Notes under the pieces: generated by a model
Told to the model about the DNA's origin: nothing
What the model saw: only the letters and a program-made list of their open reading frames with translations
The model's database searches: none
Assembly (NCBI GenBank): GCA_963756765.1
Contig: CAVWPC010000007.1
Coordinates: 4,821 to 68,820 of the forward strand
From: an uncultured beta proteobacterium
GTDB taxonomy: Bacteria; Pseudomonadota; Gammaproteobacteria; Burkholderiales; Casimicrobiaceae
Direction: 5' to 3'
Length of the DNA: 64,000 nt
Position numbers and translations under genes: made by a program
Part shown: positions 20,781 to 30,806 of the stretch, piece after piece
How the letters are laid out: every line of letters begins with the position of its first letter
Numbering within the stretch: the stretch's first letter is position 1

Positions 20781-21890
20781 TCACCACCGCGCCAGGTGGG
20801 GCGCCATCTCGCGCCGGTAGAATTCGTGAAAGTGCTGCATGCCGTCTTCCATCGGGGACTGGTACGGCCCGATCTCGCTGCGGCCGGCGCGGTAGAGCGC
20901 CATCCGGCCGGCGTCCATGCGTTCGGCGATCTCGTCGTCTTCACGCGCGGTCTCCATGTAGGCCGCCTGCTCGGCTTCGACGAATTCGCGCTCGAACAGC
21001 GCGATCTCCTCCGGATAGTAGAACTCGACGATGTTGCGCGTGCGATCGACCGCCTCCGGAATGAGGGTGCTGATCACGAGCACGTGCGGATACCATTCGA
21101 GCATGATGTTGGGGTAGTAGGTCAGCCAGACCGCGCCGTGTTGCGGAATTTCGCCACGGTAGAAGTCGAGGACCGCCTTGTGCCAGCGCTCGTAGGTACG
21201 CGAGCCGGGCTTCGACAGGCTGTTGTTGATCCCGACCGTCTGGACCGAATACCAGTCGCCGAATTCCCATTTGAGGTCTTCGCAAGTGACGAACTGGCCA
21301 AGGCCCGGGTGGAAGGGGCCGACGTGGTAGTCCTCGAGGTAGACCTCGATGAACGACTTCCAGTTGTAGTTGCACATGTGCGTTTCGACGCGATCGAGCA
21401 TGTAGCCCGAGAAGTCGAAGTGCTTGACCCCGAGTGCCGCAAGGTCGCGCGCAACGTCGCGCTTGCCGTCGAACAGCAGCCCGTTCCAGTTCTGCATCGG
21501 CGTGCGGCCGAGATTGAGGCAGGGCGTGTCCGCGAAATGCGGCGCGCCCAGGAGCTCGCCCTTCAGGTCGTAGGTCCAGCGATGCAGCGGACACACGATG
21601 TTGCGTGTGTTGCCGCGCCCGTTGTACATGAGGGCCTGGCGATGGCGGCACACGTTCGACAAAAGCTCGATCCCCTGCGGATTGCGCACCAGCATCTGCG
21701 CGTCGCCACGGGCAGCGAGCGCCTGGTAGTCGCCGGGTTCGGGCACCATCAACTCGTGTCCCACGTACGAGGGGCCGCGGGCGAGCAGCAGGCGCTGTTC
21801 GGCTTCGAGCACGCGGGGATCGCAATACCAGGAAACGGGAAACTGCGTCGCGGATTGACGCAGATGACCAGCCGTAGCGAGGTCAGACAT
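20781..21890 (-). CDS. Rieske non-heme iron oxygenase alpha subunit; candidate putrescine 2-hydroxylase
   Basis: Rieske CRH...CPLH, mononuclear Fe site NWK..EDYHVGPFHP and EDDEIAE; divergent from xseB; the specific function is inference. Confidence 0.85.
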   Translation of the reverse strand: MSDLATAGHLRQSATQFPVSWYCDPRVLEAEQRLLLARGPSYVGHELMVPEPGDYQALAARGDAQMLVRNPQGIELLSNVCRHRQALMYNGRGNTRNIVCPLHRWTYDLKGELLGAPHFADTPCLNLGRTPMQNWNGLLFDGKRDVARDLAALGVKHFDFSGYMLDRVETHMCNYNWKSFIEVYLEDYHVGPFHPGLGQFVTCEDLKWEFGDWYSVQTVGINNSLSKPGSRTYERWHKAVLDFYRGEIPQHGAVWLTYYPNIMLEWYPHVLVISTLIPEAVDRTRNIVEFYYPEEIALFEREFVEAEQAAYMETAREDDEIAERMDAGRMALYRAGRSEIGPYQSPMEDGMQHFHEFYRREMAPHLARW

Positions 21891-22045
21891 CGGCCTACCC
21901 TTTCGTCACCAATTCGGTTGCTAGCAACCAACCCAACCCAACAACCCGGGACGCTTACGGCTTTACCACTGGAAAGCCGCCCCGGACCGCTTTGCTAAGT
22001 CGGCCGCTCGAAAAGTGCGCAGAGGCCGCGTCGTCAAAAGATGTT

Positions 22046-22075
22046 ATTATATGAAGCTTTCCGCCATCAGGTCAA
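22046..22075 (-). promoter_or_regulatory. Sigma70 promoter for the Rieske-sulfurtransferase unit
   Basis: Minus strand TTGACC-N18-TATAAT. Confidence 0.75.
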
Positions 22076-22096
22076 GACCTTAGCATCGTTTTTGCG

Positions 22097-22165
22097 TTAC
22101 GCCAAGGTGCCATGCGTGGGGTCATCGCGGGGCGTCGAAGCAAAGCGGTGGTGTCGAGTTCGCAT
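22097..22165 (-). CDS. Candidate 22-aa small protein MRTRHHRFASTPRDDPTHGTLA
   Basis: SD AGGGAGG 5 nt before the ATG; intergenic; no recognised homology. Confidence 0.3.
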   Translation of the reverse strand: MRTRHHRFASTPRDDPTHGTLA

Positions 22166-22306
22166 AGCGGCCTCCCTGATTGACCGTGGATCTTGACCCT
22201 GGTTCTGGTCCTCGTTCACGATTGCCGGCATCAGCGATGCGTAGTGCGGACCATACCGTGACGGTGGTGTTTCGCCGCGCGGATTTCGCGACGCGTCCAT
22301 TTCGCC

Positions 22307-22558
22307 ATGCCTACAGATCCGACGCCCGATCCGCCCACCCCCACCTTCGAATCCGCGCTGGCGGAACTCGAGGCCATCGTCGCGGCGATGGAAGGCGTCG
22401 AATTGCCGCTCAAGGAATCGCTCGCCGCGTACAAGCGCGGAGCCGAGCTCGTAGCCTATTGCCAGAGCGTCCTGAAGGACGCGCAGCAGGAGGTCGCGGT
22501 CCTCGAGCAGGGCGTGCTCAAGGCATTCGCACCGGAGAACGACGCGGATGCACCCTGA
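22307..22558 (+). CDS. xseB: Exodeoxyribonuclease VII small subunit
   Basis: TFESALAELEAIVAAME...LKESLAAYKRGAEL...CQSVLKDAQQEV. Confidence 0.95.
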   Translation: MPTDPTPDPPTPTFESALAELEAIVAAMEGVELPLKESLAAYKRGAELVAYCQSVLKDAQQEVAVLEQGVLKAFAPENDADAP

Positions 22559-23432
22559 TCTCGCCTTCGAGGTCTGGTCCGGCGAGCGCCAGCGGCGCAC
22601 CGAGGATGCGCTCGATCGCGCGCTGCCGATCGATGCCGCGGTCACCCCGTTGTGCGAGGCAATGCGTTATGCGGTGTTGGGGGGCGGCAAGCGCATGCGG
22701 CCATTGCTCGCCTTCGCGGCCGGAGAACTCGCGCAGGCGGATCCCGACATCGTCGATCACGTGGCGCTCGCGGTGGAAATGATCCATGCCTATTCGCTGG
22801 TGCACGACGATCTGCCGGCGATGGATGACGATGTCCTGCGGCGCGGCAAGCCGACCTGTCATGTCGCCTTCGGCGAAGCGATGGCGCTGCTGGCGGGGGA
22901 TGCGCTGCAGGCGCGCGCCTTTGCGGTGCTGGGGGCGTCCCCGATGCCGGATGCCGGACGCGCCTGCGCGCAACTCGCGCTGGCCGCAGGTGCCGGCGGC
23001 ATGGCCGGCGGCCAGGCGATCGACCTCGCGCACGTCGGCCATGCCCTTGCGCTGCCCGAACTCGAGACCATGCATCGACTGAAGACCGGCGCGTTGATTC
23101 GCGTCGCGATCAGACTCGGTGCCGCTTGCGGACGCGAGTTCGACGACGCGCGCAGCGAGGCGCTCGACCGCTTCGCGGGTGCCGCGGGACTCGCCTTCCA
23201 GGTGGTCGATGACGTGCTCGACGTCGAGGGCAGCGCGGCGACGCTCGGCAAGACCGCTGGCAAGGACGCCGCGGGCAACAAACCCACCTACGTGAGCGTG
23301 CTGGGCCTGGCGGAAGCCAAGCGGCGCGCGGAAGCGCTGCGTGCCGACGCGCACGCCGCGCTGACCTGCTTCGGTACCTCGGCGCGCCGCCTGCACGAAA
23401 TCGCCGACTGGATCGCGCGTCGTACAAATTGA
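22548..23432 (+). CDS. ispA: Farnesyl diphosphate synthase
   Basis: [50 protein letters not shown]. Confidence 0.95.
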   Translation: MHPDLAFEVWSGERQRRTEDALDRALPIDAAVTPLCEAMRYAVLGGGKRMRPLLAFAAGELAQADPDIVDHVALAVEMIHAYSLVHDDLPAMDDDVLRRGKPTCHVAFGEAMALLAGDALQARAFAVLGASPMPDAGRACAQLALAAGAGGMAGGQAIDLAHVGHALALPELETMHRLKTGALIRVAIRLGAACGREFDDARSEALDRFAGAAGLAFQVVDDVLDVEGSAATLGKTAGKDAAGNKPTYVSVLGLAEAKRRAEALRADAHAALTCFGTSARRLHEIADWIARRTN

Positions 23433-23449
23433 CTTCGAAGCGTCCGTCC

Positions 23450-25339
23450 ATGGCCCAATTTCCCTTGCTCGATCGCGTTGCCTCGCCGGCCGACCTGCGC
23501 CTGTTCGACCGGGCGCAGCTGCGCGACCTGGCGCGCGAACTGCGCGCCTTCCTGCTGCAATCGGTCGCGCAGACCGGCGGCCACCTGTCGTCGAACCTGG
23601 GCACCGTCGAGTTAACCGTCGCGCTGCACTACGTGTTCGACACGCCGGAAGACCGCATCGTCTGGGATGTCGGTCACCAGACCTATGCGCACAAGGTCCT
23701 GACCGGCCGGCGCGCGGGCATGGCTGCCCTGCGCCAGTGGGGTGGGCCGTCGGGATTTCCGCGGCGGAGCGAGTCCGAGTACGACACGTTCGGCACCGCG
23801 CATTCGTCGACCTCGATTTCCGCCGCGCTGGGCATGGCGATCGGCGCGAAGCTCAAGGGCGAGCAACGCCACGTGGTCGCCGTGATCGGCGACGGCGCGA
23901 TGAGCGCCGGCATGGCCTTCGAGGCACTCAACAATGCGCAGGGCGCGAACCTGCTGGTGATCCTCAACGACAACGAGATGTCGATTTCGGAGCCGGTGGG
24001 CGCGTTCAACAACTACCTGGCGAAGATCCTGTCCGGGCGCCTGTACAACACGGTGCGGCGCGGCGGCAAGGAAGTGCTGGCGAAGCTGCCGCCCGTACAC
24101 GACCTCGCCAAGCGCTGGGAAGAGCACATGAAGGGCATGGTGCTTCCCGGCACCCTGTTCGAGGAGTTCGGCTTCAACTACATCGGGCCGATCGACGGCC
24201 ACGACCTGGACATGCTGACCCGGACGCTGGCCAATGTGCGCGATCTGCCGGGGCCGCAGTTCCTCCACGTGATCACGCGCAAGGGGTATGGCTATCCCAA
24301 GGCGGAGGAGGACCCGATCCTGTACCACGGCGTGACGAAATTCGATCCGGCGGTCGGAATCGTGCCCAAGGCAGCCGGCAAGCCGACGTACACGCAGGTG
24401 TTCGGCGACTGGTTATGCGACATGGCCGCGCAGGACGAGCGGATCGTCGGCATCACGCCCGCGATGCGCGAGGGCTCGGGCCTGGTCAAATATTCGCAGC
24501 AGTTTCCTGCACGCTATTTCGATGTCGGCATCGCCGAGCAGCATGCGGTGACGTTTGCGGCGGGGCTGGCCTGCGAGGGCATGCGCCCGGTCGTCGCCAT
24601 CTACTCGACGTTCCTGCAGCGTGCCTACGACCAGGTCATCCACGATGTGGTCCTGCAGAACCTGCCGGTGGTCTTCGCCGTCGACCGCGCCGGAATCGTC
24701 GGTGCGGATGGTGCGACGCATACCGGCGCTTTCGATATCTCGTACCTGCGCTGCCTGCCGAACACGACGGTGATGACGCCGTCGGACGAGAATGAATGCC
24801 GGCAGATGCTGTATACGGCGGCCACGCTGGGTTCACCCGCCGCGGTTCGTTATCCACGCGGCAGTGGCCCCGGCGCGGCTGTGGAAAACACCATGCGAGC
24901 CCTGCCGGTGGGCAAGGCAGAACTGCGCCGCGAGGCGAAGCAGCGGTCTCAGCGCCTTGCGATCCTGGCGTTCGGACCCATGTTGCATCCGGCGCTTGCC
25001 GCGGGCGAAGAACTGGACGCGACGGTCGTGAACATGCGATTCGTGAAACCGCTCGATGTGGAGCTCGTGTTGCAGCTCGCCCGCGAGCACGACGCGTTCG
25101 TCACCGTCGAGGAAAACGTGATCGCCGGCGGCGCCGGCAGTGGCGTTGCCGAGGCACTCGCCGCGGCCGGCGTGGCGATGCCGATCCTGCATCTGGGACT
25201 CCCCGACCAGTTCGTCGACCATGGCGACCCCGCCTACCTGCTCGCTCACGTGGGGCTCGACGGCAAGGGCATCATCGCCGCCATCCGCGCCCGCTTCGGC
25301 GATCGGCAGCCGCAGCGCTGGGCCAAGCCTGCCGCGTGA
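23450..25339 (+). CDS. dxs: 1-deoxy-D-xylulose-5-phosphate synthase
   Basis: [20 protein letters not shown]...[22 protein letters not shown]. Confidence 0.98.
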   Translation: MAQFPLLDRVASPADLRLFDRAQLRDLARELRAFLLQSVAQTGGHLSSNLGTVELTVALHYVFDTPEDRIVWDVGHQTYAHKVLTGRRAGMAALRQWGGPSGFPRRSESEYDTFGTAHSSTSISAALGMAIGAKLKGEQRHVVAVIGDGAMSAGMAFEALNNAQGANLLVILNDNEMSISEPVGAFNNYLAKILSGRLYNTVRRGGKEVLAKLPPVHDLAKRWEEHMKGMVLPGTLFEEFGFNYIGPIDGHDLDMLTRTLANVRDLPGPQFLHVITRKGYGYPKAEEDPILYHGVTKFDPAVGIVPKAAGKPTYTQVFGDWLCDMAAQDERIVGITPAMREGSGLVKYSQQFPARYFDVGIAEQHAVTFAAGLACEGMRPVVAIYSTFLQRAYDQVIHDVVLQNLPVVFAVDRAGIVGADGATHTGAFDISYLRCLPNTTVMTPSDENECRQMLYTAATLGSPAAVRYPRGSGPGAAVENTMRALPVGKAELRREAKQRSQRLAILAFGPMLHPALAAGEELDATVVNMRFVKPLDVELVLQLAREHDAFVTVEENVIAGGAGSGVAEALAAAGVAMPILHLGLPDQFVDHGDPAYLLAHVGLDGKGIIAAIRARFGDRQPQRWAKPAA

Positions 25340-25402
25340 TCGCATGCGACGATTGCACGATTCCAATGACAGCAGCCTCGGTACACTTCCACATCGACAG
25401 CC

Positions 25403-26221
25403 ATGAATCGACCTGAGCAGCCCGGCCTCGTGATGCCGATCCCCGACGTGCAGTCCGCGCGCGATGAGCGACATCTCGCGATCGACCAGGTCGGGATCCG
25501 CGGTCTGCGCTATCCGCTGCGCTTCGCCGACCACGATGGGACCGCGCAGGCGACGATCGCCACGGCGAGCGTGGACGTCGCGCTCGCCGAAGATCGCAAG
25601 GGCACCCACATGTCGCGGCTGGTGATGCTGCTCGACGAACGGGCAATGCCCGACGCGCCGGCGTTGAGTGTCGCCGGTCTGCCCGGCTTGCTCGACGAAC
25701 TCGTGACCCGCCTGGACGCGCCCGCAGGTCGCGTCGAACTCGTGTTCCCGTACTTCGTGCGCAAGAGCGCGCCGGTGTCGGGCGTGTCGAGCCTGCTCGA
25801 TTATGAGGTGCGGCTCGCCGGCGAAGTGAAGCAAGGTCGCCATGCCATCACCGTGACCGTGGTGGTGCCGGTCACCTCGCTATGCCCGTGTTCGAAGGAG
25901 ATTTCCGCCTACGGCGCGCACAACCAGCGCTCGACGATCACCATCGGCGTCCGGCCGAATGCGCCGATTTTCCTGCAGGAGCTCTTGCGGGTGGCGGAAG
26001 AGGAGGCCTCCTGTGAGCTGTACGGGCTCCTCAAGCGGGCCGACGAAAAGTACGTGACCGAGCGGGCCTACGACAACCCGCGCTTCGTCGAAGACCTGGT
26101 GCGCGGCGTCGCCGGCCGGCTGGCGGCGGATGCCCGTTTCGATGCGTTCGTGGTCGAGGCGGAGAATTTCGAGTCGATCCATAACCATTCCGCATTTGCC
26201 CGTATTGCGCGTGGCTGGTGA
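25403..26221 (+). CDS. folE2: GTP cyclohydrolase IB
   Basis: PDVQS, KGTHMSR, TSLCPCSKEIS.YGAHNQRS, ENFESIHNH. Confidence 0.95.
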   Translation: MNRPEQPGLVMPIPDVQSARDERHLAIDQVGIRGLRYPLRFADHDGTAQATIATASVDVALAEDRKGTHMSRLVMLLDERAMPDAPALSVAGLPGLLDELVTRLDAPAGRVELVFPYFVRKSAPVSGVSSLLDYEVRLAGEVKQGRHAITVTVVVPVTSLCPCSKEISAYGAHNQRSTITIGVRPNAPIFLQELLRVAEEEASCELYGLLKRADEKYVTERAYDNPRFVEDLVRGVAGRLAADARFDAFVVEAENFESIHNHSAFARIARGW

Positions 26222-26336
26222 CTGCTCGAGGCCGGCTGCCGGCCGTCGCGCGCATCCGCAGGTCGTCCGTCCTCCACCGCCGTCCGTCCCGCCACCCACG
26301 GCGGTGCGCCGAATGTGCGCCTAGAATGCCTCGGCG

Positions 26337-27539
26337 ATGATCGCTGCCATCAAGTCGCGCTACGACGCCTTCGCGCAACGCATGCTCGCTTCGCTGTCGG
26401 AGGTCGAGCGGCGGGACGTGCGCGAGTTCGACCGGTGGTTCTATGCCAACGGAGGATGGCGCTGGCTGCTCGTCATCGTGGCCGTGACGACGGCAGTCGC
26501 ATGGGCCGCGGCACAGCTGCCGTGGAACATGACGTTCGCGGAGGCGGCGATCCTGTTCAACCTGGTCGTGCTGACGCTCATCTGGTCAGGCCTGTCGGCG
26601 TGGTTCGGCTACCGCAAATTCCAGGGTCGCATCTTCCGCTACATCGTTGTCGCGCCGTTGCTTGCGCTGATCGGCGCGCTGGTGGGCGCGAGCATCGCCG
26701 GCCTCGTCACCGGGGTGGATCCATTCGGCTTCCTGCACGACCGCGCGAAGCTGCGACACGTGGTCACCGCCGGGCTGGTTTTCGGCTTCCTGTTCGCGTT
26801 CGTGACCGCGTTGATCGCCCATCTGCGCAACCGCGAATATCGCGCGCAAACCGCCCGCCTCGAGGCGGAGGCGCGGCAGAGCGAGACGTCGCGCCAGCTC
26901 GCCGAGTCGCGCCTCAAGCTCCTGCAGTTGCAGATCGAACCCCATTTCCTGTTCAACACGCTGGGCAGCGCGCAGCAACTCGCGGAGAAGGGCTCACCGC
27001 TGGCAGCGCGGCTGATCGCTGACCTGATCCGGTTCCTGCGCGCGGCCACCCCGGCGTTCGGCGAGGAGCAAACGACGCTGCGGCAGGAGGCGACGTTGAT
27101 CAGCGCCTATCTAGGGATCATGCAGACACGCCTCGGCCGCCGGCTGGCGTGGGCGGTCGACCTGCCGGCGGAACTCGAAGACGCGTGCATTCCGCCGGGC
27201 ATGTTGATTACGCTCGTCGAGAATGCGATCAAGCACGGGATCGAGCGCTTGCCACAGGGCGGGCGGGTGACGGTAGCCGTGGCGCGCGAGGGTCCGGCCC
27301 TGTGCGTGACCGTGGCCGATACCGGCGCGGGCCTCGCCGACGGGACGGGCGCGGCGGGCATCGGTCTCGCGAACATTCGCGAACGGCTGGACCTCATGTA
27401 CGGCGACGCCGCCAGCCTCGACCTGGCCGAAGTGGAACCGCACGGGTTCTGTGCCCGCCTCAAGTTGCCGGCCAGGCCGGTGGCCGCCCCCTCCGGGGCC
27501 GGACGTGCCTTTCCCGAACGTGCGGAGACCGCAAAATGA
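26337..27539 (+). CDS. LytS/YehU-type membrane sensor histidine kinase
   Basis: About 4 TM helices, H-box LQLQIEPHFLFNTL, TLVENAIKHG, DTGAG, GIGLANIRERL. Confidence 0.92.
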   Translation: MIAAIKSRYDAFAQRMLASLSEVERRDVREFDRWFYANGGWRWLLVIVAVTTAVAWAAAQLPWNMTFAEAAILFNLVVLTLIWSGLSAWFGYRKFQGRIFRYIVVAPLLALIGALVGASIAGLVTGVDPFGFLHDRAKLRHVVTAGLVFGFLFAFVTALIAHLRNREYRAQTARLEAEARQSETSRQLAESRLKLLQLQIEPHFLFNTLGSAQQLAEKGSPLAARLIADLIRFLRAATPAFGEEQTTLRQEATLISAYLGIMQTRLGRRLAWAVDLPAELEDACIPPGMLITLVENAIKHGIERLPQGGRVTVAVAREGPALCVTVADTGAGLADGTGAAGIGLANIRERLDLMYGDAASLDLAEVEPHGFCARLKLPARPVAAPSGAGRAFPERAETAK

Positions 27540-28288
27540 CCTCCCCTACTGCGTTGATTGCCGAAGACGAGCCGTTGATGCGCGAACGGCTGAAGGAGAA
27601 GCTGGCCGAGGCGTGGCCGGAGCTCGCAATTGTGGGCGAAGCGGAGAGCGGCGAAGAGGCCCTGGAGCTGTTCGCCGAGCACCGGCCTCAGCTCGCGTTC
27701 CTGGACATTCGCATGCCCGGCCTATCCGGACTCGAAGTAGCGGCCGCGATCGGCAGCGACTGCCACGTGGTCTTCATCACCGCCTACGACCAGTATGCGG
27801 TGAAGGCGTTCGAGGCCGGCGCGGTCGACTACCTGCTGAAGCCGGTGGAGACCGAGCGCCTGCGCGCGATGGTCGAGCGCGTGCAGCGCAAGCTGTCGGC
27901 GCCCCCGGTTGATCTTTCGTCGCTGGTCGCCGAACTGCGCGCCAGCATCAAGGGGGAATCGCCGCGGATGAAATGGATCAAAGCGGCCGTGGGCAAGCAG
28001 GTCAAGCTCATCGCGGTGACCGATGTCGTCTACTTCCAGTCCGACACCAAGTACACGCGGGTTGTGCTGGCACAGGGCGAGGCGCTGATCCGAACACCGC
28101 TCAAGGAGCTGCTGGCCGAACTCGATCCCGAGAAATTCTGGCAGATCCATCGCGGCACCATCGTGAATCTCGACGCGGTATCGGGCATCCTGCGCGAAGA
28201 CGCCGAGCGACAGTTCGTGCTGTTGCGGCAGCGCCAGGAAAAGCTCCCCATTTCCCGCCAGTTCACTCACCTGTTCAAGCAGATGTGA
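27536..28288 (+). CDS. LytTR-family response regulator
   Basis: IAEDEP, FLDIRMPG, TAYDQYA, DYLLKP, LytTR FWQIHRGTIVN; ATGA overlap with the kinase. Confidence 0.94.
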   Translation: MTSPTALIAEDEPLMRERLKEKLAEAWPELAIVGEAESGEEALELFAEHRPQLAFLDIRMPGLSGLEVAAAIGSDCHVVFITAYDQYAVKAFEAGAVDYLLKPVETERLRAMVERVQRKLSAPPVDLSSLVAELRASIKGESPRMKWIKAAVGKQVKLIAVTDVVYFQSDTKYTRVVLAQGEALIRTPLKELLAELDPEKFWQIHRGTIVNLDAVSGILREDAERQFVLLRQRQEKLPISRQFTHLFKQM

Positions 28289-28329
28289 CGCGCGGCGGCG
28301 CCGGCGGCCACGGCTGCTAGAATCGGCCA

Positions 28330-29037
28330 ATGCAGCCGGTCGCCATATTTCGCTTTTCCGCGACAGAGACACCGGGACACTTCGGCACCTGGCTGACCGA
28401 AAAGGGCATCCCTTGGCAGCTCGTCGCGCTGGACGAGGGGGCGAGCGTGCCGGAAGATCCGGGTGCCTATTCGGGCATCGGCATGATGGGCGGTCCGATG
28501 AGCGTCAACGACAAGCTCCCGTGGATCGCTCCGCTCGAGGAACTGATCCGCGACGCGATCTCGCAGGGGATCCCGGTCATCGGCCATTGCCTGGGCGGCC
28601 AGTTGATGGCGAAGGCGCTGGGCGCGCGCGTGGCGCGGATGGACCAACCCGAAATCGGCTGGCTGCATGTCGACATCTGCGATCGCGGTGCACGGCGCGA
28701 ATGGTTCGGCGGCCTGCCGCGCTTCGCGGCCTTCCAGTGGCACGAGGATGCCTTCGACTTGCCGCCGATGGCCACGCGCGTGCTCACCAACGAGATCACG
28801 CCGAACCAGGGCTTCGTGATCGACGACCGGCATCTGGGGCTGCAGTGTCACATCGAAATGACGCGCGAGCTGGTTGAGACCTGGTGCCGCACCGGCGCGA
28901 GCGATCTGCCGGCCCGTTCGACCGCGCAGCGGCAGAGCGCGGCCGATCTGCAAAGCGATCTCGACGCCCGTCTCGCGGCGCTCGGCGAGGTCGCCGACGG
29001 CGTCTACGCCCGCTGGGCAGTGGGGTTGCGGCGGTAG
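28330..29037 (+). CDS. Class I glutamine amidotransferase (GuaA-like, standalone)
   Basis: MGGPMSVND, GHCLGGQL, FQWHEDAF, LQCHIE. Confidence 0.88.
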   Translation: MQPVAIFRFSATETPGHFGTWLTEKGIPWQLVALDEGASVPEDPGAYSGIGMMGGPMSVNDKLPWIAPLEELIRDAISQGIPVIGHCLGGQLMAKALGARVARMDQPEIGWLHVDICDRGARREWFGGLPRFAAFQWHEDAFDLPPMATRVLTNEITPNQGFVIDDRHLGLQCHIEMTRELVETWCRTGASDLPARSTAQRQSAADLQSDLDARLAALGEVADGVYARWAVGLRR

Positions 29038-30806
29038 TGCCCTCCATCCGTCCGCTACCCGACCTCCTCATCAACCAGATCGCCGCTGGGGAGGTCGTCG
29101 AGCGTCCCGCCGCGGCGCTGAAGGAACTGCTCGAGAATGCGCTCGATGCCGGCGCAACCCAGATCGAGGTCGACCTCGTCGCGGGCGGCGTCAAGCGCAT
29201 CCGGGTGGCCGACAATGGCGGCGGCATCGAACGTGAGGACCTGGGCCTCGCCGTCGCCCGGCACGCGACGTCGAAGATCGCGCTGGTCACCGACCTCGAG
29301 GCGATCGCCTCCCTGGGCTTTCGTGGCGAAGCGTTGGCATCGATCGCCTCCGTGTCGCGGCTGGCGCTCGCGTCGCGAGCCGTAGACAAGCCGCACGCGT
29401 GGCGCATCGAGGTCGAGGGCGGAACGGTCGGCGCCGTTGCGCCGGCAGCGCTGGCAGCGGGCACTTCGGTGACCATCGAAGAGCTCTTCTTCAATACGCC
29501 GGCGCGGCGCAAGTTCCTGCGCACCGAAGCGACTGAATGGGGACACTGCGAAGAGGCGTTTCGGCGCGTGGCGCTCGCGCATCCCGCGACCGCGTTCACG
29601 CTGCAGCACAACGGGCGGGTCGTGCATCGACTGGTGGTCGGCGGGCGCCAGGTGCGCGTCGAGCAGCTGCTCGGGGACGCGTTCGTCCACCACGCGGCGC
29701 GGGTCGACGCGGATGCCGGCAGCATCAGGCTGTCCGGATTCGCGGTGCGGCCCGCGTACGCAGTGCAGGGCGGCGGGCAATACCTGTTCGTCAACGGACG
29801 CTTCGTGCGCGATCGCGTGCTGCAGCACGCGCTGCGCGACGCGTATCGGGACGTCCTGCACCACGACCGGCAACCCGCGTATGCGCTATGGCTGGACATC
29901 GATCCGCGGCGCGTGGACGTCAACGTGCATCCGCAAAAAAGCGAAGTGCGGTTTCGCGATTCCGGTGCGGTGCATCAGTTCGTCAAGCACGCGGTGGAAC
30001 GCGCGCTGGCCGCCACCGCCGCGGAGCAGCCGCCGGTCTCCGCTGCGGAGCGCCTCGGCGCGGCCGCCGCGCAACTGGCGCCGCCCGGCATGCCGCGGAC
30101 GGCGCTCGCCGGCGCCTCGACGCAACCGGATCTTGCACTCGCGGCTGCGGAACCCTCACCGTTCTACGCGCGACTCTTCGGCCGCGCGGTCGACGGCGTC
30201 GCACCGGCGCTTTCCGCGGACGAGCTGCATCCACTGGGCTTTGCGCTCGCGCAGCTGCACGGCATCTACATCCTGGCGCAGAACCGTGCCGGGCTGGTGA
30301 TGGTCGACATGCATGCGGCCCACGAACGCATCGTGTATGAGCGACTCAAAGCCACCTTCGATGGCCGGCTGCCGGTGCAGCCGCTGCTGGTGCCCGCGAC
30401 CTTCGCCGCGGCGCCACTCGAGATGGCGGCGGTCGAAGAGCATTCGGAGACGTTGTCGTCGCTCGGTTTCGCGGTGTCACCGCTCGGACCGGCGACGCTC
30501 GCGGTGCGCGGGGTTCCGGCCGCGCTGGCTGACGCCGATCCGGCCGCGCTCGCCAAGGCGGTGCTGCACGAGATCCGTGAATTCGGCGGCTCGCAGGTGC
30601 TCGATGCCCGGCGCGACCAGGTGCTTTCGACGATGGCCTGTCACGGGTCGGTGCGGGCGAATCGCACGCTGACCATTCCCGAGATGAACGCCTTGCTGCG
30701 CGAAATGGAAGCGACCGAACGTTCCGGGCAGTGCAATCATGGGCGCCCGACCTGGTTCCAGTTGACGCTGGGCGATGTCGACCGCCTCTTCATGCGCGGA
30801 CGCTGA
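29037..30806 (+). CDS. mutL: DNA mismatch repair endonuclease MutL
   Basis: [24 protein letters not shown], endonuclease motifs [22 protein letters not shown]; GTG start overlaps the upstream stop. Confidence 0.97.
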   Translation: MPSIRPLPDLLINQIAAGEVVERPAAALKELLENALDAGATQIEVDLVAGGVKRIRVADNGGGIEREDLGLAVARHATSKIALVTDLEAIASLGFRGEALASIASVSRLALASRAVDKPHAWRIEVEGGTVGAVAPAALAAGTSVTIEELFFNTPARRKFLRTEATEWGHCEEAFRRVALAHPATAFTLQHNGRVVHRLVVGGRQVRVEQLLGDAFVHHAARVDADAGSIRLSGFAVRPAYAVQGGGQYLFVNGRFVRDRVLQHALRDAYRDVLHHDRQPAYALWLDIDPRRVDVNVHPQKSEVRFRDSGAVHQFVKHAVERALAATAAEQPPVSAAERLGAAAAQLAPPGMPRTALAGASTQPDLALAAAEPSPFYARLFGRAVDGVAPALSADELHPLGFALAQLHGIYILAQNRAGLVMVDMHAAHERIVYERLKATFDGRLPVQPLLVPATFAAAPLEMAAVEEHSETLSSLGFAVSPLGPATLAVRGVPAALADADPAALAKAVLHEIREFGGSQVLDARRDQVLSTMACHGSVRANRTLTIPEMNALLREMEATERSGQCNHGRPTWFQLTLGDVDRLFMRGR

